From positions 3,867,954-3,931,953 of the forward strand of contig NZ_OY762999.1 of the NCBI RefSeq assembly GCF_963666665.1: a stretch of 64,000 nt of DNA, in the 5' to 3' direction. Source of the stretch: Maridesulfovibrio sp. Lineage in GTDB: Bacteria; Desulfobacterota; Desulfovibrionia; Desulfovibrionales; Desulfovibrionaceae. The translations under genes and the position numbers were made by a program. This document shows, piece after piece, positions 51,262 through 57,393 of this stretch (the first letter of the stretch is position 1; each line of letters begins with the position of its first letter). Under the pieces are notes generated by a model, which was not told the DNA's origin, did no database searches, and saw only the letters and a list, made by a program, of their open reading frames with translations.

Positions 51262-52383
51262 GTGAATAATCCTTTTCGCTTTAATACCTTGCGACCAAGT
51301 GATCCCTTTTGTGACCGTGAAAAGGAACTCACTGATTTGATTTCACACGGCATGAATGGTGCGAACGTAACCCTATTTTCTCCGCGCAGGTACGGGAAAA
51401 CATCTTTGATTAAACGTGCCCAGAAGGAAATGCATGATAAGGGCGCCTATGTGTTTTATGTTGATTTTTACAGGGTCATGTCGGTTGAGGATCTTGCTTC
51501 GAGATTGGCGCGGGCTGTTTATGAAGGATTGAGCGAGTATGTATCTTTTTTCGAGAAAGGTAAAAAGGCTCTGCTTGAATTTTTCAAGACTTATAGGCCT
51601 GTTTTTACTCCCACTGAAGAAGGGGGAGTAAAAATAGATGTTCGTGCTACTGAAGGCATTTCCGGTTATGACCTGCTTGAATCCCTGCTCTCCGAGATAG
51701 GGCGGTTTACCGAGAAGTCGGATAAGCCAGTGCATATTGCCATGGATGAGTTTCAGGATATTGTTGAAGTGGACAAGGGTAAGACTGAAGCTTTACTGCG
51801 AACGCATATCCAGATGCATGGCGCGGGGTATATATTTGCAGGAAGCAGGCGACGTATTCTTAAATCCATGTTTACTGACAGGCATCGTCCTTTCTATAAC
51901 AGCACCCTTTTGATGGAACTCCCTCCTCTGCCACATGAAGATCTTGTGGAGTATATTGTCGAGCTTTTCAATAAGGGTGGTAAGTCCATTTCGCACGAAG
52001 CTGCCTCTACCGTTTCAAATCTTGTACAGCAATATCCTTACTACGCGCAGCTTTTCAGTTATTTGTTATTCAGTATGGGAGACAACCCCAGTCTAGAGGA
52101 TGTTGATGAATGTTTTGAGTCACTTCTTGCGAGTGAGAGGTATTCCTATCAGGGGATTGTTGACGGCTTAACACCGGTGCAACTGGCTTTGCTGGTGGGG
52201 TTGGCAAAATATCCGGGGAGCAAGGTTACTTCTCAGGTGTTTTTGAAGGAAACGAATCTATCGTCAGGTGGAGTCCAAAAGGCTTTAAAACACCTGAGTA
52301 TACAGGATTTAGTTAGCAATGAAGAAAACGGTTGGGAGCTTGTTGATCCTGTTTTTAGAAAGTGGCTGGTCAGGACATTTTAA
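51262..52383 (+). CDS. AAA+ ATPase, Arch_ATPase/DUF234-like
   Basis: Walker A (SPRRYGKTSL), Walker B (VHIAMDEFQDI) and a C-terminal winged-helix-like region. The preferred start is GTG 51262 after TGGAG; the track ORF starts at TTG 51250. Confidence 0.75.
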   Translation: MNNPFRFNTLRPSDPFCDREKELTDLISHGMNGANVTLFSPRRYGKTSLIKRAQKEMHDKGAYVFYVDFYRVMSVEDLASRLARAVYEGLSEYVSFFEKGKKALLEFFKTYRPVFTPTEEGGVKIDVRATEGISGYDLLESLLSEIGRFTEKSDKPVHIAMDEFQDIVEVDKGKTEALLRTHIQMHGAGYIFAGSRRRILKSMFTDRHRPFYNSTLLMELPPLPHEDLVEYIVELFNKGGKSISHEAASTVSNLVQQYPYYAQLFSYLLFSMGDNPSLEDVDECFESLLASERYSYQGIVDGLTPVQLALLVGLAKYPGSKVTSQVFLKETNLSSGGVQKALKHLSIQDLVSNEENGWELVDPVFRKWLVRTF

Positions 52384-52442
52384 AAATATTCTACTAGAAT
52401 TATTCTGACAGAACATTTTTAAATGTTCTGTCAGAATAATTT
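52384..52442. repeat. 59-nt structured repeat, right copy
   Basis: Sequence is AAATATTCTACTAGAAT-T-ATTCT-N26-AGAATAATTT, starting right after the ATPase stop codon. The internal hairpin ATTCTGACAGAAC / GTTCTGTCAGAAT is perfect. Confidence 0.8.
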
Positions 52443-52561
52443 TGATCTATCTCCTTGCCTCTTCCATCTTCACCAACTTCCCCCCTATCCCACACCAAAC
52501 AATTTCAGTATAAAGTCGTAAGACATCTACACCCCATTCACACTAATCTACGGACTGCCAC

Positions 52562-53368
52562 ATGAAAGGACTCACCGAATTGCTGACTTGTATTCAGGAA
52601 ATTTCCGGCGGAAATTATTCCAATGACATCATGCATTTGACTACTGATGAATATGATCCTTACGTGCGGGAACTGGCGGAATCAGTTGGCTTGATGATGG
52701 TCCGTATTGAGGCCCGTGAATTTGCGCTTGAGCAGGCTAATGAAGAACTTAAGTGTAATGTGGTTGCAACCGTCAAAGCCGTGGCTCGCGGTTTGAGTCT
52801 GCGCGATCCGTATACCCGCGGACATGCGGAACGGGTTGGTAATTATTGCGAGCGCTTGGCTCGCAGGATGGGACTTTCCGAAGATGAAATCTGGACCGTG
52901 CATGTAGCTGGAACCCTGCATGATATAGGCAAGATCGGGTTCAGTGACCGCTTGATCCAAAATGTAGATACCAAGGTTGATGCGGATATGCTGGCGGAGA
53001 TCAAGCAGCACCCGGAATGGGGATTCAAGATGCTGCGCGGGCTGGAGTTTCTCGGTCCTGCTTTGGAATATGTGCGTTCGCACCATGAGCGTCTGGACGG
53101 GACCGGATATCCCAACGGCTTGCAGGGCGATGAAATCAAGACCGGATCACGTATCCTTTCTATTGCCGATGTGTTTGACGCTGTAACCACCACCCGCAGT
53201 TATCAGGAAGCTATGGATTTGGAAAAAGCCTATTCTACCCTGCGTAAGCTGGCTGGCCCTTCTCTTGATCCTAAGTTGGTGGAGTTTTTCATAGCCGAAA
53301 CTAAAGAAAACGGCCTTGAGGATGTGGAAGAAAATTTCAGTACCTGCCCTATGGGAAAATCAGGTTAA
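52562..53368 (+). CDS. HD-GYP domain c-di-GMP phosphodiesterase with an N-terminal HAMP-like segment
   Basis: HDIGKIG and HHERLDGTGYP motifs. The N-terminal LTELLTCIQEISGGNYSNDI...DEYDPYVRELAESVGLMMVRI resembles a HAMP AS1-connector-AS2 unit. Confidence 0.88.
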   Translation: MKGLTELLTCIQEISGGNYSNDIMHLTTDEYDPYVRELAESVGLMMVRIEAREFALEQANEELKCNVVATVKAVARGLSLRDPYTRGHAERVGNYCERLARRMGLSEDEIWTVHVAGTLHDIGKIGFSDRLIQNVDTKVDADMLAEIKQHPEWGFKMLRGLEFLGPALEYVRSHHERLDGTGYPNGLQGDEIKTGSRILSIADVFDAVTTTRSYQEAMDLEKAYSTLRKLAGPSLDPKLVEFFIAETKENGLEDVEENFSTCPMGKSG

Positions 53369-53385
53369 TAGTATAGGCCCTTGTT

Positions 53386-53427
53386 GGGGCTTCTTTAGAC
53401 TATTAAAGAAGCCCCTGTTGTATTTTT
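53386..53427. terminator. hairpin terminator between the convergent HD-GYP gene and the AT-rich operon
   Basis: GGGGCTTCTTTA / TAAAGAAGCCCC stem. A T-rich tail is present on the + strand only. Confidence 0.65.
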
Positions 53428-54502
53428 ACTGCTCACGATTTGTGAAATTCAAAGACCTTTTGCCTGGATTGGTTATCGTCTTTTGAACTAATATAATCAT
53501 GAATAGAAATGGAACAAAATCCAATGTTAAGCATAAGGCCCACCAGTGCAGCATGTTCAGAATATTATTGTAACATAATTTTATAGTTGGCTCGCTGGAG
53601 GCCAAATCTTTTAGTGGTGCAATTGTTATATCTAATGCTTTGAATGCCTTTTGTATCTGTTCTAAATCACCCTGTAATGTGTTGGCTTCAGTTGTTAAAG
53701 CCTTTTGGGTGCTTGTTTGCTTCTGCTGGGAGTACTCACGGAGAGTTTGCTCGAGGTTTTTAATTGAGTTTTCAAGTGATATTTGTCCAATCCCTATTCC
53801 GGGAGATAGTATTTTTTGTAACTCCAGATTAATTGTGCGGACATGGTTCGAATAGTTCCTTTTAGTAAATGATTCAGGGTCAGATTCCATTATGCTCAGT
53901 TCAGAAGTAATAATTTTCTGTGATGCATTTATCTTTTCAATGTTAGAGTCTACTTTATTTTGTATATCAGATATTTTTTTATCTACAATGGTAGCAGATT
54001 TCCATATTGTGCCTTTTTTTTGATTTCCAGTATATAAACCTTGACTTGAATTTTTAAGAATTCTTTCTGTGTCTTTTTGTGCGATGTTGATAGATTGCTG
54101 TGCGGTTATATATTTGGGTATTAAGTCGCTTTCAGTGAAATTGTTTGAGAATGTTTTGTATTGATCATAGTTGGATAATCTATAGATTTCATTTTTGGAT
54201 AATCCTACAATTGACCACATTGTAGAACTAGAGAATATAAGAATTGCCGCAGTTATTATTAGTAGTATTCTTGATATGAAACTGTGTGTTGAGCTTAGAA
54301 ATTTTGCTATTATATTTGAAAAGTACAGCATTAGAAAGAAGCTTGCTAGTGCAACTGTTGAAGCTATGAATGGTGATACGCTGTCTATGAGCCCTGTATA
54401 TGTTGCGTATGCTGATGCACTTGTGCATATTAATATTGTTAATAAAAGTCCAAAAGTTGTCAGTGCTGTTTTAAGCTGTTCTATTTTTCTTCTGTTAAAC
54501 AT
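53426..54502 (-). CDS. hypothetical membrane protein: 3 N-terminal TM helices, a hydrophilic helical region of about 210 aa, and 1 C-terminal TM helix (operon gene 4)
   Basis: 358-aa ORF with GAGG 6 nt upstream of the ATG and an 8-nt overlap with the preceding gene. Hydrophobic segments lie at about 13-35, 42-65, 76-100 and 316-338. The central region is Ser/Asn/Lys/Gln/Ile-rich. I recognise no family. Confidence 0.7.
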   Translation of the reverse strand: MFNRRKIEQLKTALTTFGLLLTILICTSASAYATYTGLIDSVSPFIASTVALASFFLMLYFSNIIAKFLSSTHSFISRILLIITAAILIFSSSTMWSIVGLSKNEIYRLSNYDQYKTFSNNFTESDLIPKYITAQQSINIAQKDTERILKNSSQGLYTGNQKKGTIWKSATIVDKKISDIQNKVDSNIEKINASQKIITSELSIMESDPESFTKRNYSNHVRTINLELQKILSPGIGIGQISLENSIKNLEQTLREYSQQKQTSTQKALTTEANTLQGDLEQIQKAFKALDITIAPLKDLASSEPTIKLCYNNILNMLHWWALCLTLDFVPFLFMIILVQKTITNPGKRSLNFTNREQ

Positions 54503-55634
54503 TGTATACCTCTATTGACCCTTCAATATTGTTTTTCTCTGCCCATTGCTCACACAGTTTTGCAATTTGATGGTATTGTCTTCTTTTGGGACTTCGTTTG
54601 GGGTGTTGAGTCCTTTCATCTCCTCGCTCAATTCCTATTTTTAGGTGATTGGCTTTGATTAGCATTGAGAAATGGCTCGTTTGTAATATCTCAGAGAAGC
54701 ATGCGAAAAAAATATATGAATTCCAGTCTTCCCATTTGTTGTTGCTTGTGGATGATAAGTTGTCAGGAATCAGTGATGTTATTTTAGTAGAAGATAGTCC
54801 CAGTATTTTGCAGGCAAGAATAGCTTCGTATGAAATATTACAGATTACTCCATTTTTTGTATAAGCTTCTGTGTTCAGGGTGAATTTCTTTTGATCCTCT
54901 ATGTCATTTAGAAATACATGGGCTGATAGTGGAGGAATGATGCTGGTTGTATGTATGTTGAGTTTTTCCAAGGTTTTTGTGATTATATTTTTTTTTCTGT
55001 CGATTGAGTTGTGAATTTTGCTTAGTTGTCGTTTTGATAGGATCGCACAGTATCCAGATTTCAATACGTGTAGGTATTGGTCGTTTTCATTTATTTCTAT
55101 TGGAATAATCGCCGGCTGTGTTGAGCTTAATTCTGCTGCAACAGCAATTAATTCTGCTAATGACCCTGAATCAACCGAGACTATCTGATGTTTCTTATTT
55201 TCAATGTGCTGATAGTTAATTAGATGGCTAAAATGCGATCTTAATGCAATATCTTGCATTTGGGTGTCCCAGAGGTCTGTTTCCGTCGAGAGTAGTGCAT
55301 TGAATGCCTCTATCTCCTGTTCAAATGCGGCCGAAACGGCATATTCTTTAATTGATTTTATGTCAGTTTTATTAAGGTGCTCAAGTTTGCGTATGAGATG
55401 TTCAATGAAATAGTACACCGCTACGGAGTCGTTTTTGTTGGTGTATTGGAATCTTAATATTAGCCTGCCTTCTCTCCCTTCGAGTCGCTTTATTGGTTTG
55501 CTTTTGTATGTTTGTATATATTTTTTGTCTTGGGTGGTGTTTATTGTAAACATTTCCATGGGATAGTCTATGAAGTGAGATAGCTCGGAGGTGTAAACCT
55601 CTGTCTCTGGTGATATGTCGGCTCCAGTAATCAT
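54495..55634 (-). CDS. hypothetical soluble protein, 379 aa (operon gene 3)
   Basis: Long uninterrupted ORF in AT-rich DNA. ATGA start/stop overlap with the GTPase gene. Basic C-terminal patch RTQHPKRSPKRRQYHQ. I recognise no motif. Confidence 0.7.
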   Translation of the reverse strand: MITGADISPETEVYTSELSHFIDYPMEMFTINTTQDKKYIQTYKSKPIKRLEGREGRLILRFQYTNKNDSVAVYYFIEHLIRKLEHLNKTDIKSIKEYAVSAAFEQEIEAFNALLSTETDLWDTQMQDIALRSHFSHLINYQHIENKKHQIVSVDSGSLAELIAVAAELSSTQPAIIPIEINENDQYLHVLKSGYCAILSKRQLSKIHNSIDRKKNIITKTLEKLNIHTTSIIPPLSAHVFLNDIEDQKKFTLNTEAYTKNGVICNISYEAILACKILGLSSTKITSLIPDNLSSTSNNKWEDWNSYIFFACFSEILQTSHFSMLIKANHLKIGIERGDERTQHPKRSPKRRQYHQIAKLCEQWAEKNNIEGSIEVYNV

Positions 55635-56491
55635 TTTGCAATCCGTTCAATAAAGTTTATAAAGCTTCTTGTATATATGTGTCCGTCTATTTCTATGTAG
55701 TATTCATAGTCTGGGTACGATTTGTTGTTTATTGTGTGAGTATTGCCCACTGTAGAATGCCATGTGTAAGAGATATTCTCTGGGTTAAAACAGTCTTTTA
55801 GAAGGTTGCTCGCGGTGAAATATTTTTTGCTAAAAAACGTTTTTGCTGTATCTCCCTCGGTATATAGGTCTTCAACTTTATCGGTTTTAAAGTGAATGTC
55901 AGATTTGTTGAGGACTACCATAACAGGAATGTTGACTGGGTTACCAATGTCCAACCCATAGTTGAGTGACATCATTTCCGCTAATCGCCTGATGAACATT
56001 GTGTCAGACATAGGTGTTGTTTGGCCTAAAGCGAATTTGTTGCTGACTTCATACGGTTCAGGGATTGCAGGGTCGTCAAGATCCAGCATGATGATGATTC
56101 CATCAGCTTGGCAAATACTGAGTAGTAATTGTTCGTCAGGGTCATTTGATGTGGAAAGAAGTTGTTTTATTACATTGGGTGGTTGTTTTTGAAAGTACTC
56201 TAATTTACGGGCCAGGCGTTCTAAATCCCCTCCTGAGATGTCAGGAAGGTTGAAAGAAACATCTAGCTCTCTATCACTCAGATTCATTATTACCGATCTT
56301 CGAACCAATTCTTTTGCTTCTTTGTTTTGAATTGTCGGCTTAATCCATTCTCTTCTGTCAATAGCATCACTAATTTCGTGGTTTCTTGCTATGGTATGGC
56401 ATCCGTACAGATCGTGTTGCCTTATTTTTTCAAGCATTAAATACAAATAGCACGTCTTTCCTGATTTTCTTTTTCCAATTATTAATATCAA
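55631..56491 (-). CDS. Ras-like (TRAFAC-class) P-loop GTPase, 286 aa (operon gene 2)
   Basis: G1 GKRKSGKT, G3 DISGG at the end of a beta-hairpin (VIMNLS...LDVSFNLPDISGG), and G4 NKSD after a hydrophobic strand (IPVMVVLNKSD). The start is reassigned to TTG 56491, with GGAGG 7 nt upstream and a TTGA overlap with the upstream stop. The track start at 56620 would overlap the upstream gene by 133 nt. Confidence 0.7.
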   Translation of the reverse strand: MILIIGKRKSGKTCYLYLMLEKIRQHDLYGCHTIARNHEISDAIDRREWIKPTIQNKEAKELVRRSVIMNLSDRELDVSFNLPDISGGDLERLARKLEYFQKQPPNVIKQLLSTSNDPDEQLLLSICQADGIIIMLDLDDPAIPEPYEVSNKFALGQTTPMSDTMFIRRLAEMMSLNYGLDIGNPVNIPVMVVLNKSDIHFKTDKVEDLYTEGDTAKTFFSKKYFTASNLLKDCFNPENISYTWHSTVGNTHTINNKSYPDYEYYIEIDGHIYTRSFINFIERIAK

Positions 56492-56955
56492 AACAAAGCC
56501 TCCCCACAGATTAAAAGTCCACTTGCTAGTCCCGTCATTGAACTTGCCCCATATATTATTTCCCGTTTGCGTGATTTGTTGGGGATAGCTTGGGTCAAGC
56601 CAATATTTACAATAAACCACGCAATTGAAGCGATGGTTAGTTTTAAGGGCAAAGAGATCAAAGGCGTGTCCAGAAGATGAGAAAAGATGATGAAGGTGGA
56701 AAACGTAAGGATCTCTAAAATATATATTGCAGGTTTTGTCGCTTGAAGCGTTTTGTTTATTATGTGTATTTTGATTGTACAGATAGTGAGAGCAACCAAA
56801 CCGGTAAAACCTGCTAATGAATAGAATTTATGAAATATGGGTAGAAGCTTTATCGGTGGGGCATCAATGATGATTTGGGTAATTCCGTATATTGTGAGGA
56901 ATATACCGACTCCACCATAAAAAAGACGAATAGGTGGTTTTGAGTTGTTCTTCAC
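56488..56955 (-). CDS. small polytopic membrane protein, 155 aa, 4-5 TM helices (operon gene 1)
   Basis: GTG start with GGGAGA 7 nt upstream. Four to five hydrophobic helices. I recognise no family. Confidence 0.65.
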   Translation of the reverse strand: MKNNSKPPIRLFYGGVGIFLTIYGITQIIIDAPPIKLLPIFHKFYSLAGFTGLVALTICTIKIHIINKTLQATKPAIYILEILTFSTFIIFSHLLDTPLISLPLKLTIASIAWFIVNIGLTQAIPNKSRKREIIYGASSMTGLASGLLICGEALF

Positions 56956-56983
56956 TATAGATTCTCCCGTAATTGTTTTCCGT

Positions 56984-57012
56984 AATATTTGTTAAAAAAA
57001 TAACACTGTCAA
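56984..57012 (-). promoter_or_regulatory. candidate sigma-70 promoter for the AT-rich operon (TTGACA-N17-AATATT)
   Basis: On the minus strand, TTGACA at 57012-57007 and AATATT at 56989-56984 with a 17-nt spacer, about 30 nt upstream of the GTG start. Confidence 0.3.
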
Positions 57013-57393
57013 TTAATATGTTAAATTAAAAGTTTTAATAAGTATTTATTAGTTAATAAAGTTCATGATTTTAAATGGTTGTGTAATGTTGATTTGTATA
57101 AAATTAAGAATCATTACTAATTTTCTTGCCTTCTTTTTAGAAGTGCTTATTATCTTTCTTCGTGTTAAGTATATCTTAACAGTCGCATGGCACAGCGAAG
57201 ACCTAATAAAAGGTTTTGATTTGCCTCTTTCAGAGGTTCACCCCTTCGAATCGTTGCTTTTAAGGCAATTTTCAAGTCTGCTTTTATGTGGGTTTGCAGG
57301 GTTCTTAAACTCTTTTTACGAAGAGGGGGAAAGCTGGAGGAGGTAAATTTTAATAAACTAAAAGCGCGATGCGCATCAAATCAGCCTCTTATC

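Noticed and set aside
51193-52442. Interpreting the two 59-nt repeats as integron attC sites or MITE ends
   Set aside because: No GTTRRRY/RYYYAAC core sites, no integrase and no cassette array are present. The repeats are direct, not terminal inverted repeats. I kept this as a finding with open interpretation rather than calling it a mobile element.
56492-56620. 43-codon N-terminal extension of the GTPase ORF
   Set aside because: It would overlap the upstream membrane-protein gene by 133 nt in another frame. The TTG at 56491 has a GGAGG ribosome-binding site and places the P-loop at the N-terminus.
57235-57252. GGTTCACCCCTTCGAATC, superficially like a tRNA T-arm (GGTTCGAATCC). It could have marked a tRNA-derived att site next to the AT-rich operon.
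   Set aside because: The match is interrupted. No acceptor-stem complement or other tRNA arms can be folded around it, and I found no matching direct repeat at the other end of the island.
57065-57346. 93-aa + strand ORF in the AT-rich spacer upstream of uvrA (and the 36-codon extension of uvrA from 57286)
   Set aside because: It has no ribosome-binding site, a hydrophobic low-complexity translation typical of AT-rich non-coding DNA, and it overlaps the uvrA leader.
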